From the NCBI GenBank assembly GCA_028874175.1, contig JAPPLN010000087.1, positions 6,977 to 70,976 on the forward strand: a DNA stretch of 64,000 bases, in the 5' to 3' direction. Every line of letters begins with the position of its first letter. The first letter of the stretch is position 1. Both the position numbers and the translations under genes were made by a program. Of this stretch, positions 1-9,595 are shown piece by piece. The notes under the pieces are model-generated. The model was given only the letters and a program-made list of their open reading frames with translations, ran no database searches and was not told the origin of the DNA. The stretch comes from Chloroflexota bacterium. Its GTDB lineage: Bacteria; Chloroflexota; UBA11872.

Positions 1-1
1 C

Positions 2-451
2 TTTGCCGCGGTGGCCGACTGGCTGATTCAGCGCCGCGGCGCCCGGGTCTGCCTGGTTGGAACTGCTTCGGATAGCCCATCGATCACGGCCATGCTGCAG
101 GCCATGACTCAGCCGGCCGTCGACCTTGCAGGCCGCACCGCATTCGGGCAGTTGGGCGCCCTGATTGCCCGCAGTGACCTGTTCGTGGGCAACGATTCGG
201 CCAGCGCCCAGCTGGCGCTCGGTGTCGGTACGGCCGGCGTCACCATCTTCACCGCCACCGAGCCGTGGATCTACGGCTCAGACACCTCGGGAGGCGTCTC
301 CGTCTACACCGGCGGCCAGGCGCAGGGGCTGGGCGGACCGCCCCCGGTGGATATGGTGACCGCGGCGATCCGCCAGCTGCTGGTGGATCGAACCGACGCG
401 AGTGGTTCTAGCCGGGGGGGCGGCGCGTCACAGCCGCCGGCGTGGGATTGA
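2..451 (+). CDS. Glycosyltransferase family 9 (ADP-heptose:LPS heptosyltransferase-like), C-terminal part; 5' end lies outside the window
   Basis: GT9 C-terminal motif (LAGRTAFGQLGALIARSDLFVGNDSASAQLALGVGTAGVTIF). The reading frame is open to the window edge. Confidence 0.6.
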   Translation, partial: FAAVADWLIQRRGARVCLVGTASDSPSITAMLQAMTQPAVDLAGRTAFGQLGALIARSDLFVGNDSASAQLALGVGTAGVTIFTATEPWIYGSDTSGGVSVYTGGQAQGLGGPPPVDMVTAAIRQLLVDRTDASGSSRGGGASQPPAWD

Positions 452-1220
452 CGGCCGCTCGGGATCCCACCCGGTAGCCGACGGTTCGCTCCGCCGCCAT
501 CACCACGCCCTGCTCGTTCCAGAAGGCGGTCGACGGTCCGCCGGCCACGGCCCGGCACACGCGCCGCACCGGGCAGCGCTCGCAACGCGGCGACCGCGAC
601 AGGCAGACCGTCGCGCCCAGGTCCATCAGACCCTGGTGATAGTCGTAGTGACGCCGAGCCGGAACCAGTTGCTCGGCCAGGTCGCGCAGCCGTCGATTGT
701 CCCGGTAGACCGAGCCGTCCGCTGGCAGTCCGACGGCGCGCGTGAGCACCCGCGCGATGTTGGTATCCAGCAAGGCTGCGCGGCGGCGGAGACCAAAGAC
801 GTACACGGCGGCCGCCGCGTAGGGACCGAGACCCGGCAGGTCTCGTAGAGCCTCAAGGGTGTCCGGCATCCGGCCACCGTGTTGCTCAACCATGATACGG
901 GCCATCTCCTTCAGCCAGGTTCCTCGGATGTGGTAGCCCAACGGATCGGTAAGCGCCTTCACTTCCGCCAATGGCGCCGCGTGAAGGTCCTCAACGCTGG
1001 GCCAACGCGCCACGAATTCCTCAAAGACCGGCGCAACTCGTGCCGCCTGGGTCTGCTGCAGCAGGATTTCAGATACCGCAACCTGGTAGGGCGAAGTCAA
1101 CGATCGCCACGGCAGATCGCGGCCGGCTTGGCGGTACCAACGCACGACCCGGTCCTGAAAGGTCCGGCGGAACGCCGGATCCACGTCGACCGCCGGCTCG
1201 TCGACCGCGTATCGCGTCAC
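408..1220 (-). CDS. HhH-GPD DNA glycosylase, MutY-like (A/G-specific adenine glycosylase family) with 4Fe-4S loop. Short form without an obvious C-terminal NUDIX-like domain.
   Basis: VSEILLQQTQ helix-hairpin-helix motif and C-x6-C-x2-C-x5-C cluster (CLSRSPRCERCPVRRVC). The 3' end overlaps the convergent GT9 gene. Confidence 0.7.
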   Translation of the reverse strand: MTRYAVDEPAVDVDPAFRRTFQDRVVRWYRQAGRDLPWRSLTSPYQVAVSEILLQQTQAARVAPVFEEFVARWPSVEDLHAAPLAEVKALTDPLGYHIRGTWLKEMARIMVEQHGGRMPDTLEALRDLPGLGPYAAAAVYVFGLRRRAALLDTNIARVLTRAVGLPADGSVYRDNRRLRDLAEQLVPARRHYDYHQGLMDLGATVCLSRSPRCERCPVRRVCRAVAGGPSTAFWNEQGVVMAAERTVGYRVGSRAAVNPTPAAVTRRPPG

Positions 1221-1370
1221 GCGTCGCCCCTCCAGACCGATGCGTGACGCGACGGGATCGCGCGGGTCGCGATACTTGCATACATCGATTCGAAGTTTGG
1301 TCGCCTTATCGAAGCTCTACGAAATGCACTGAAGGGCAGCCTACGCCACGGGTGCGTCGCGCTGGTTGGC

Positions 1371-2471
1371 GTGGTTGCGCTCTTGGCCTGCGGCGACGGT
1401 GCACCTGCGTCGGACGCGCCGCCGACCGTAACGTCGGTCCCATCCGCGCCGCCCAGCGGCATCGTAGCGCGGCGTGTGGCCAGCCAGCCGACACCCGAGG
1501 CTGGCGGGGCCGGCGCGGCTGCGGCATCTGCAACGCAGGCAACCGAAGCCCCGCGGTCGTCGCCGCCACCCACGCCCAGACCAACAGCCCCGCCGGCCTA
1601 CGCCGTGGCGCCCGCCCCCGAACCCGCCGAGCGACTCAACCTGCTAGTGCTGGGGGTGGACCAAGCGGAGAGCTTCGTCGGCAACACCGACGTCATCATG
1701 ATCGTCAGCATCGATCCAGCCTCCGGCACCATCTTTGTGTTGTCGCTGCCGCGCGACCTCTGCCTGGGCGCCTGCGACGGGCATGCCTCGCGCATCAACG
1801 AGGTGTACAAGCGCCAGGGCATCGAGGCTCTCAAGCAGACCCTGCGCTACGTCACCGGCCTGCGCATCGACCATTGGATGCTCGTGAACTTTCATGGCGT
1901 CGAGGCCATCATCAATCAGCTTGGCGGAGTTCGGGTCTGGTCCAATCGCGAGTTCGACGAACGCTTTATTTACCTGGAGACCGACGAAGAAATCCGTCTG
2001 ATCCTGGACGAAGGCTGGAACACGCTCAATGGGCGCGAAGCGGTGGCCTACGGCCGCTCGCGCAAATATGACAGCGGCGGAGATTTCGCCCGCATTTGCC
2101 GGCAGCAGCAGGTGGTGCGGGGGCTTCGCGAGCAGTCGCTCTCACCAGCGCTTATCGTCAACGCGCCCAGCCTGCTGGCCAGCCTCAGCGGCGCCTTCAA
2201 GACCGACTTCCCGATTGCCAGCGTGCCCGCTCTGGGCAACCTGCTGTTGGCCATCCCGCAGGAACGAATCAACTCCTGGGCCGTCCACGCCCGCGGCCAG
2301 GAGCTGATGGTCTGGGAACAAGGTCTGGACGGCGCCAACCTGCTGCGACCGGACCTGCACGCGATCCGCGACTTTGTGCAAGACAGCCTGATCGAATCCA
2401 CCCGGGCCCACCTCGACGACCAGGGCAACCCAACGTTCGTGCGCGACAACTGCGAGGACTACTTCCCCTAA
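1371..2471 (+). CDS. LytR-CpsA-Psr (LCP) family cell-envelope phosphotransferase
   Basis: LLVLGVDQ...DVIMIVSIDP...LSLPRDL core and a Pro/Ala-rich N-terminal linker after a hydrophobic/lipobox-like N-terminus. GTG start as in the ORF track; the true start may differ. Confidence 0.75.
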   Translation: MVALLACGDGAPASDAPPTVTSVPSAPPSGIVARRVASQPTPEAGGAGAAAASATQATEAPRSSPPPTPRPTAPPAYAVAPAPEPAERLNLLVLGVDQAESFVGNTDVIMIVSIDPASGTIFVLSLPRDLCLGACDGHASRINEVYKRQGIEALKQTLRYVTGLRIDHWMLVNFHGVEAIINQLGGVRVWSNREFDERFIYLETDEEIRLILDEGWNTLNGREAVAYGRSRKYDSGGDFARICRQQQVVRGLREQSLSPALIVNAPSLLASLSGAFKTDFPIASVPALGNLLLAIPQERINSWAVHARGQELMVWEQGLDGANLLRPDLHAIRDFVQDSLIESTRAHLDDQGNPTFVRDNCEDYFP

Positions 2472-4135
2472 GCGCTCAGGTCGGGGATGTCGACCGACTG
2501 CCCCGGCTCCACCGCGGCCTGGTCGGCGAACGTCGGATGCCCGCTCCAGGCCGGGTAGAGCCGGTCCCGTAGCGACTGGCCAATCAGCCGCAGCCGCACC
2601 GGCTGGGGCCGATTCGGCGCATATTCGAACACCGCGTTCTGAAAGTACTGGCGAATGACACCCGACGGCGCATCGTCCGTATATAAGGTGCCGGCCGCGC
2701 CTGTGTCCGGACGGGCTTCGGTGCGTGGCGCGCCAAACTGCGCCTCGCCGCCGTACGTGTTGAAGAACTCGAGAAAGCCGACCTCTGTGCCGTCGACCGC
2801 AAAGTCGGACACGCGGTGGCCCCAGGTTCCCACCAGGACGCCCGGCTGATCGGATAGCACGTCGGGCTCCGTCCCCAAGTCGGGGGCGCCGCCGCGTCCG
2901 CCGCCCAGGAAGTCCCAGACCGGTCGCGGCAGCATCGCCCGTCGCCCTTCCGCATCGGCCGTCCAGTCCATCACCCCGCGCTGAAAGTACTGCGTGATCG
3001 TTCCGGAACTCTCCAGTAATGGCTCCGAGATCGGCCAGCCCCAGCGGTCGATCCCGCCCGTGGCCGTGAAGTACGCCGCGAACGGCACGACCCGCAGCTG
3101 ACCGTCCAGGCGCACCAGCCAGTTGGTCAGATTGTGTTCGGTGGCCGACGTCAGCGGCGTGCGCGCCGCCACGCCGATCGCCAGGTCGGCCGCTTCTGTT
3201 GGCGGAGTGAATTGCTCAAGTCCGGTGCGGAAAGTCTGCACCCGATGGTTCAGCGAGTCGGCCACGTAGGTGCGGCCGGTCTCGTCCACGGCCACGCTTC
3301 GCGGGAACTGGAATTGGCCGTCCTCGTCACCCTCCGAGCCGATCGTTCCCGCGGTCGCTCCGTCGTTTTCAACGACGACCAGGCCGTGATCGACATCGGT
3401 GGAGATGTACAGGCGGTCGCCGGTGTCCACGGCCAGCCCGATCGGATTCCGAACGTCCGGCGCTTCGACAACCATCTCAACAAACGACCCGTCGGTCTCG
3501 AAGGCCTGCACGCGGTCGCGAAACGTGTCGGCCACATAGACCGTCTGCGATGCCCCAATGGCAATGCCGGTCGGAGTGCTGAACTGCCCCGGCGTACGGC
3601 CGCGCGAACCCCAGGCCAGCAGGAATTCGCCTTCCCGATCGAATTTCTGGATGCGGTCGTTGAACCCGTCCGCCACATACACGTCGCCAAAGGCGTCCAG
3701 GGCGATGCCGCGCGGCGCGCTGAACTCGCCGGGGTCGGACCCGTGGCGGCCCCATCGCCTCAGCAGCTCGCCCTCCAGGTCGAAGACCTGCACGCGCCGG
3801 TTGCCGCCGTCCACCACGTAAACCTCGCCGTCGGGTGATACGACCACGCCCTGCGGACGCCGCACCTGGCCCGGTCCCGAGCCGGACTCGGCAAGGACGC
3901 GCACGATTCCGCCGTCCGGCGACTGCGCCGCAAGCTGATGCAGCCGCGAGTCGGTCACGTAGATCAGTCCGTCCGGACCGATCGCCACGCCCCACGGCGC
4001 GCTACCGGCGCCCTGCTCCAGGTTCGGCAGGAACTCCACGGCAACCTCGGCGCCAACGGCCGCTGGCCAGGTGGCCAGCAGGACCGCGCCTGCCAGGCCG
4101 GTCTTCAGGACGCGACGACGGGTGAAGGGGCGCAT
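2468..4135 (-). CDS. Secreted NHL-repeat beta-propeller protein (Tat signal) with C-terminal domain of unknown function
   Basis: RRRVLKTGLAGA Tat motif and six-fold repeats of the YV(A/T)D..N.R(V/I)Q.F type. Confidence 0.7.
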   Translation of the reverse strand: MRPFTRRRVLKTGLAGAVLLATWPAAVGAEVAVEFLPNLEQGAGSAPWGVAIGPDGLIYVTDSRLHQLAAQSPDGGIVRVLAESGSGPGQVRRPQGVVVSPDGEVYVVDGGNRRVQVFDLEGELLRRWGRHGSDPGEFSAPRGIALDAFGDVYVADGFNDRIQKFDREGEFLLAWGSRGRTPGQFSTPTGIAIGASQTVYVADTFRDRVQAFETDGSFVEMVVEAPDVRNPIGLAVDTGDRLYISTDVDHGLVVVENDGATAGTIGSEGDEDGQFQFPRSVAVDETGRTYVADSLNHRVQTFRTGLEQFTPPTEAADLAIGVAARTPLTSATEHNLTNWLVRLDGQLRVVPFAAYFTATGGIDRWGWPISEPLLESSGTITQYFQRGVMDWTADAEGRRAMLPRPVWDFLGGGRGGAPDLGTEPDVLSDQPGVLVGTWGHRVSDFAVDGTEVGFLEFFNTYGGEAQFGAPRTEARPDTGAAGTLYTDDAPSGVIRQYFQNAVFEYAPNRPQPVRLRLIGQSLRDRLYPAWSGHPTFADQAAVEPGQSVDIPDLSA

Positions 4136-4318
4136 CGGATGGGTGATCGGTGGGGCATCGGTCCTCGATCTGCGGAGTCTAGCGCCGGGTCCTTGATCGG
4201 CTGAGAGAATCCAGCCGCGCTCATAGAACGCCCGCGCCCGTGCCCTGTGACGCGCCGACGCCGGTTCCGCGGGTGGGCGCTAGAATCCCGCGCCAAGCTT
4301 CTGAATGAGGGCAAGTCG

Positions 4319-5305
4319 GTGATTCGGCTGGCGTTGGTTGGATGTGGACGCAATGCCGCCGCCCTGGCTGCGGCCGCCGCCGCCTCCGACCTCTGCGAAC
4401 TGAGAGTCGCCGCGGACATCGATCCGAAGGCCGCGAGCGACCTGGCGCGCGCGGCCGACGCCCGAGCCCACGTTGGCGACCTGGAATCGCTCCTCGAATC
4501 GGACGCCGGCGACGTCCAGGCCGTGATCGTCAACACACCCAACGACTCCCACTCCGACATCGCCCTGGCGGCCATCGCGGCGGACCGCCACGTCCTGGTT
4601 GAAAAACCGCTGGCCTTGTCAGCGGACGCGGCCGACGAGGTCCGGCGCCAGGCCGACCGGGCCGGCGTGCGGCTGATGGTGGCGCATACCCTCCGCTTCA
4701 TGCCGGCCAACGTGCAGGTCCACAGGGCGCTGGCAGCAGGTGAACTCGGGAAGCCCGGCATGCTGCGCAGCCACCGCTGGCTGCGTCGCTTTCCCGGACC
4801 CCCGGGCGGTTGGAAGCACAACCCGGCGCGCAGCGGCGGCCTCTATGTGCATGAAGCCGTGCATGAGATCGACCAGGCGCTTTGGCTGATTAGCGAACGC
4901 CCAACGCACGTCCACGCGCAGGCCCAGCCGGACCTGCTCCAGATCCATCTCGGGTTTGAATCCGGCGCGATGGCGCTCTGTGGCGTCGCCACAGGGCTGC
5001 CGCTGGGTAGCGGCTACTACTCCCTGGCGCTGATCGGGTCCCTGGGCGCGGCCTACGCCGACGACCACCACAACGTCCAACTGGTCTTTCGAGGCGAACG
5101 ACCCCAGGTGGTCGTGACCGACCAGCGCGCATCCGGCGTCCGCGCGCAGCTCGACGAGTTCGCCCGAGCCATCACGGAAGGTCGAGAGCCTTCCGTATCC
5201 GGCGCCGACGCCGTGGCGGCCCTGCGGATCGCCGAAGCCGCCGCCGCGTCCAGCGCCTCTGGACAGACTGCCCATCTCACGGAGACCGGCTATGTCCTCG
5301 CCTGA
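4319..5305 (+). CDS. Gfo/Idh/MocA family NAD(P)-dependent oxidoreductase
   Basis: IRLALVGCGRNA Rossmann start and the EKPLALS motif. The track ORF starts at 4247, but the family normally begins at the MxIRxxxVGxG strand (GTG 4319). Confidence 0.75.
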   Translation: MIRLALVGCGRNAAALAAAAAASDLCELRVAADIDPKAASDLARAADARAHVGDLESLLESDAGDVQAVIVNTPNDSHSDIALAAIAADRHVLVEKPLALSADAADEVRRQADRAGVRLMVAHTLRFMPANVQVHRALAAGELGKPGMLRSHRWLRRFPGPPGGWKHNPARSGGLYVHEAVHEIDQALWLISERPTHVHAQAQPDLLQIHLGFESGAMALCGVATGLPLGSGYYSLALIGSLGAAYADDHHNVQLVFRGERPQVVVTDQRASGVRAQLDEFARAITEGREPSVSGADAVAALRIAEAAAASSASGQTAHLTETGYVLA

Positions 5306-6350
5306 GCGCTACCGCGTCCTGGCGCTCAGCGCCGCCAAGCACGACTACGTGCCTCTGGCGTTCAAAGACCACCCGCGCTTCCAGGTCACCGGCGTTTCCG
5401 ACGAGCCATCGGCCGCCGGCTGGGTGCACGAATGCAACGAACAGCTGGCCGCCGACCTGGGCGTTCCCTACGAGCCCGGCATCGACGCGGCCATTGCCCG
5501 GCATCGGCCGCATGTCGCCGTGGTTTCCTCCGAGGCCGCCCGCCATGCCCGCCTCAGCGTCCGCGCCGCCGAGGCTGGCCTCCACGTGGTTCAGGACAAG
5601 CCCATGGCGCCAACGGTTGCCGACTGCGACGCCATCGTCGAAGCCGTGGAACGCGCCGGCGTGCGGTTCCTGCTCTGGAACCGCAACACCCAGCCCGCCA
5701 TCGAAGAGGCGCGGCAACTCGTCTATGCCGGCGAGATCGGCGAGCCTCGGGCCATCCACGTCGACTTCTTCTTCTCGAAGGACGCCGGCGTCCTGCTGGA
5801 CTCCGACGAGCCGGAGGAAGTCCCCGACAACTGGCTCAGCGAAGGCGAGCTGACCGTGGAAGGCATCTATCCCCTCGCCCACATGCGCCATATCCTGGGG
5901 CTGGACGCCCTGCGCGCCTTTGGCCGCACCTCCGCGCACTTCTTCAGGCGTCATGCCGAGCGCGGCGTGGAGGACATCGCCACCGTCTCCCTGGAGATGG
6001 AGCGGGGTGTGATCGGCTCGCTCTGCATCGGCCGCATCGGTCAACCAAGCCATCCCAACATTGGCGAGCTTCGGGTCCACGTCGTCGGATCCGCCGGCGC
6101 CCTGGTCATCGCGGAACCCAGGCCGGAGGTGGCGGTCTACACCCGCGGACAATCCCCGGAGGATCCTCGCAACCGGCGCTCCGACGAGGAAACCGACCGC
6201 CGTCAGGTGGACTTGCTTGTCAACGCCCTGGACACCGGCGGCGACACCCTCCTCACCGCCCGCCAGGGCCGCCACATCGTCGCCACCGTGGCCGCCGCCC
6301 TCAAATCCGCCCGCACCGGCCGCCCCTGCCAGGTGTCGCGCTCCGGCTAG
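5292..6350 (+). CDS. Gfo/Idh/MocA family oxidoreductase (second, tandem copy)
   Basis: Family-level similarity (VVQDKPMA, Rossmann N-terminus). Overlaps the upstream paralog by 14 nt. Confidence 0.7.
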   Translation: MSSPERYRVLALSAAKHDYVPLAFKDHPRFQVTGVSDEPSAAGWVHECNEQLAADLGVPYEPGIDAAIARHRPHVAVVSSEAARHARLSVRAAEAGLHVVQDKPMAPTVADCDAIVEAVERAGVRFLLWNRNTQPAIEEARQLVYAGEIGEPRAIHVDFFFSKDAGVLLDSDEPEEVPDNWLSEGELTVEGIYPLAHMRHILGLDALRAFGRTSAHFFRRHAERGVEDIATVSLEMERGVIGSLCIGRIGQPSHPNIGELRVHVVGSAGALVIAEPRPEVAVYTRGQSPEDPRNRRSDEETDRRQVDLLVNALDTGGDTLLTARQGRHIVATVAAALKSARTGRPCQVSRSG

Positions 6351-6749
6351 CCCCGCTCATTCGGGAGCCTGACCGGCGGCTGCCCCACGCGGTGCACACT
6401 CAGGTCCAGCCAGACAATTCACGGCTACTGGGTCAATTTGGTCCGGTCATGCCATCACACGGATGACTTTACATAACGCCCCGTCAAACCGGCGAGCGCC
6501 GAAATCCCCGGAAGCCACCCAACCCGCAAGCCCCCATGACGCTCCTGGGACCTCCTGAACGGGGTTGGGTCAGACAAAGGTCTCTCTGGACGAAGACCCA
6601 GAACCTCCCTGGGACTCGACGCGGCGGTCTTTCGTCCGAGCATCCCACCCGCTCCACCATGTGACTTAGGAGTCGGACCCCTGCCCAATGGCACGGCGGG
6701 TAGGGCCGGTCTCCGGTCTTCGATCAGGCGCTGCGGCTCGCCGAAACCC

Positions 6750-7082
6750 CTAATCCTCGTCGACGCTGTACCTGGCGGCCCGTTCCCGAAAGGCCAGCAC
6801 CGCCTCCGGCAAGTCAAGCTGTATCTCTTCAGCCCTTCGCATCGCCTGCGCCATGTCATACGCCGCCTGCAACTGGTACCAGGTGGCGGCGCCGCCCCCA
6901 AAGGCCTTGTCCAGCCGAATCGCCATCTCCGGCGATATTCCCGCCCGCCCGTTCACCAGCGCCGACAACTGCTTCCGGCTCACCCCCAGCACCCGGGCCC
7001 CGTCCGTCACGCTCAGACCCAACGGCTCCAGGCAGTCATGGCGTACCGATGACCCCGGATGGGGCGGGCTGTACATAGGCAT
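6750..7082 (-). CDS. higA: HigA antitoxin (XRE-family HTH)
   Basis: HPG..L...LEPLGLS....A..LGVSR...S.LVNG...IS.EMAIRL.KAFG....W..LQ..YD pattern typical of HigA. The track ORF has an N-terminal extension; a start at M18 is likely. Confidence 0.8.
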   Translation of the reverse strand: MPMYSPPHPGSSVRHDCLEPLGLSVTDGARVLGVSRKQLSALVNGRAGISPEMAIRLDKAFGGGAATWYQLQAAYDMAQAMRRAEEIQLDLPEAVLAFRERAARYSVDED

Positions 7083-7107
7083 CGCAATCTCCCTCAAGTC
7101 TCGGACG

Positions 7108-7386
7108 CTAGTGGTAGTCCACCAGGTCCACATCCCGGACGTTTTCCGCCTCGAAGCGGAAGATGACGCGCCAGTTCCCCGAAACGCTCACGGCCCAGAA
7201 TCCGGACAGGTTGCCTCGCAGTGGGTGCAGCCGGAAGCCTGGCAGGTTCATGTCGGTCGGCTCCTTCGCCACGTCGAGCCGCGCCAGGATCCGCTCGATC
7301 TTGCTGACGCGTCGCGACGGAAGAAACCGCCCGTCTCCTCGCTCGTAGAGCTGCCGCAGCCCTTTGTGCCGGAACCGCACAATCAT
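7108..7386 (-). CDS. higB: HigB toxin (RelE/ParE superfamily mRNA interferase)
   Basis: [18 protein letters not shown]-terminus typical of HigB. It lies upstream of higA (toxin-first order). The track ORF is extended; a start at M34 is likely. Confidence 0.8.
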   Translation of the reverse strand: MIVRFRHKGLRQLYERGDGRFLPSRRVSKIERILARLDVAKEPTDMNLPGFRLHPLRGNLSGFWAVSVSGNWRVIFRFEAENVRDVDLVDYH

Positions 7387-7523
7387 CACCGGATTGTAAC
7401 CCGATACGTAGCAGGTTGCAAGCCCGGGCCAACTCGCCAAGCATTCGCGCTCGTTGAGCCGCGCGGGAAACGCAATCCGCCACATACCAGGCGCCCCGTG
7501 TCCGCGCGACCAATCTGCAGTGT

Positions 7524-8759
7524 TTAGGAAGCCGCATGCGCCCGCACCACCCGGTACCCTAGGTTCTCCTCGGTCCGCTCCGTCACCGGCAGCACTTCGA
7601 TCAACACGTGGGAGATGCCGGTCACGTCCCCGTTCGCGTCAAAGCTGTAATCGTCGCCGATCGCCCCGCTCCAGGTGAGCTTGTGTAGACAGTCCCGGAA
7701 GCCCGCGGCGTCCTGGTCGTCGTCCGTCTGCCGCAGGCACTCGGCGGCGATGTAGACGCCGTCGTACGCCGAGCCCTGGTACCACGGCCACGGGGCAACC
7801 CCGCCGAAACGATTCTTGAATTTCGTCAGGAAGTTCGTGCCGGTTGTCGTGTTCAGCTCTGGGTCCGGGACAATCGCTTTCAGCCCGGTCGCGTGCTCGC
7901 CGGCAATCTCCAGGGCGTTGGGGCCCGTGGGCACCACCTCCGAGTAGATGGGACCATCGTAGCCCAACTCGCGGGCCTGCTTGATGATGGTGCCCCCCGA
8001 GATCTCGCCTTGCGCGGCCAGGAACATCGCCTCGGCGTCGACGCGCAGCAGCTTCGCGAGCTGGCTGCGAAAGTCGATCGCGTCCGAGGGATAGCTCTCG
8101 GCCGCCGCCACCGTGCCCCCCAGCTGCTCGAACTGCGCCACGGCCGCCCGGCGACTTCCCTCCGCGTAGTCCGTGGCCTCGCTGATCGTGACGATCGTCC
8201 GCACGCCGTCGGCCCACAGCAGGTTGCCCACGTCCGTGCCTGCCTTCTGCGAGCTGATCGCCGTCCGGAAGACGTAGTCGCCGGCGTGCGTGATGTCGGG
8301 ACTCGTCGACGACGGCGAAAACAGGATCACGCCGTCTTTCTCGGCCAGCGGAGCGACCCCCAGCGTGGCCCCGCTGCACGTGGCCCCCAGGACGATCTTG
8401 ATGCCCTCCACGTCGGTCAACCGTTGGTACGCGGCAATCGCGTCCGTTGACGTGCACTTGGAGTCCTCGATCACCAGCTTCAGCATCCGCCCGTTGATGC
8501 CGCCCGCCGCATTGATCTCCTCCACGGCCAGCAGCTTGGACCGCGAAAGCGGAATCCCATACGACTCCCCAACCCCCGTCAGCGAGTCCAGCGCGCCAAT
8601 CACGAACGGTTCCTTCGACGCGTCTGGCGCAGTTGTCGAGCCGGACTCGGCGGCGGCCGACTCGCCGGTGCCTTCAGGCGTACGATCCTCGCCGCACGCA
8701 ATCACCAGCAGCGCGCACAGACCGATCAGGACCATTCGCGTCCAGCAACTGAGCTTCAT
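7524..8759 (-). CDS. ABC transporter substrate-binding lipoprotein, branched-chain amino acid (LivJ/LivK, PBP type 1) family, orphan
   Basis: Signal peptide with lipobox (LLVIACG), followed by a Ser/Ala/Glu-rich linker and a Liv-type fold. No adjacent permease or ATPase genes. Confidence 0.8.
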   Translation of the reverse strand: MKLSCWTRMVLIGLCALLVIACGEDRTPEGTGESAAAESGSTTAPDASKEPFVIGALDSLTGVGESYGIPLSRSKLLAVEEINAAGGINGRMLKLVIEDSKCTSTDAIAAYQRLTDVEGIKIVLGATCSGATLGVAPLAEKDGVILFSPSSTSPDITHAGDYVFRTAISSQKAGTDVGNLLWADGVRTIVTISEATDYAEGSRRAAVAQFEQLGGTVAAAESYPSDAIDFRSQLAKLLRVDAEAMFLAAQGEISGGTIIKQARELGYDGPIYSEVVPTGPNALEIAGEHATGLKAIVPDPELNTTTGTNFLTKFKNRFGGVAPWPWYQGSAYDGVYIAAECLRQTDDDQDAAGFRDCLHKLTWSGAIGDDYSFDANGDVTGISHVLIEVLPVTERTEENLGYRVVRAHAAS

Positions 8760-8998
8760 ATCACCTTGCTAGCTGGCCGCGATCCGCCCGCGACTGATCA
8801 TTCTATTGGGAGTACCGACGACAGAACCCGACTGAGCAACGCGGTCCGGGGCGCTCGTGCTCGCCGTGTACGCTGCGGGCAACTGGTGCTCTGGCGCTGG
8901 CAAACACGCCTGCGGGTTGGTACGTGTTTGAATGCAGGCATGCTATCGCCAGCGCTCCCCGGTGCGGCGCGGTTTCAGATGGCGCGGAGGCGGCTCAC

Positions 8999-9595
8999 AT
9001 GGACACAGAGACGAATGGCGTTCTGATCATCGTGGGCGACGCCACCGAGACGGTGGACACGCTCTACCCAATCCTGCGGCTCCAGGAGGATGGCTTTCGC
9101 CCGGTCGTCGCCGCGCCCCGGAAGCGCCGGTACCAGATGGTCCTGCACGAGATCCCCCAAACCGGCTGGGAAATCACGCGCGAGTACGAGGGCTACACCA
9201 TCCAGGCCGATGTGGCCTTCGCCGACGTGCAGCCCGAGGCGTATGTGGGCATCTTCTTTTCCGGAGGACGTGCGCCCGAGTACATCCGCTACGACCCCGA
9301 CCTCGTCCGCATCACCCGCTACTTCTTCGAGCACGACAAGCCCGCGGCTTCCGTCTGCCACGGCGTCGAAATCCCGGCGTATGCCGGCGTCGTGGAGGGG
9401 CGCACGATGGCCTGCGTCCCGAAGTGCAAGTTCGATTTGGAAGTGTGCGGCGGGATCTATTCCGAGGAGACCTGGGCGATCGACCGCAACCTGGTCTCAG
9501 GGCGAACCTGGCACGATCACGGGCGGTACATGAAGCACTGGATCGAGCTGCTGAAGGCTGAGCGCCAACGCATGCTCGGGACACGCGAGGCATGA
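8999..9595 (+). CDS. DJ-1/PfpI family protein (class I glutamine amidotransferase-like)
   Basis: VCHGVEIPAYAGVVEGRTMA nucleophile-elbow region. The track ORF starts at 8924; M26 (MDTETNGVLIIVGD) fits the family start. Confidence 0.7.
   Translation: MDTETNGVLIIVGDATETVDTLYPILRLQEDGFRPVVAAPRKRRYQMVLHEIPQTGWEITREYEGYTIQADVAFADVQPEAYVGIFFSGGRAPEYIRYDPDLVRITRYFFEHDKPAASVCHGVEIPAYAGVVEGRTMACVPKCKFDLEVCGGIYSEETWAIDRNLVSGRTWHDHGRYMKHWIELLKAERQRMLGTREA

Noticed and set aside
6351-6659. Possible tmRNA or tRNA gene ending in ...CCCGCTCCACCA
   Set aside because: The 3' end resembles an acceptor plus CCA. But I could not construct a 7-bp acceptor stem, T-arm or GGGG 5' end, and no tag-peptide reading frame ending in ...ALAA-stop is present. 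Kept only as an unexplained structured spacer.
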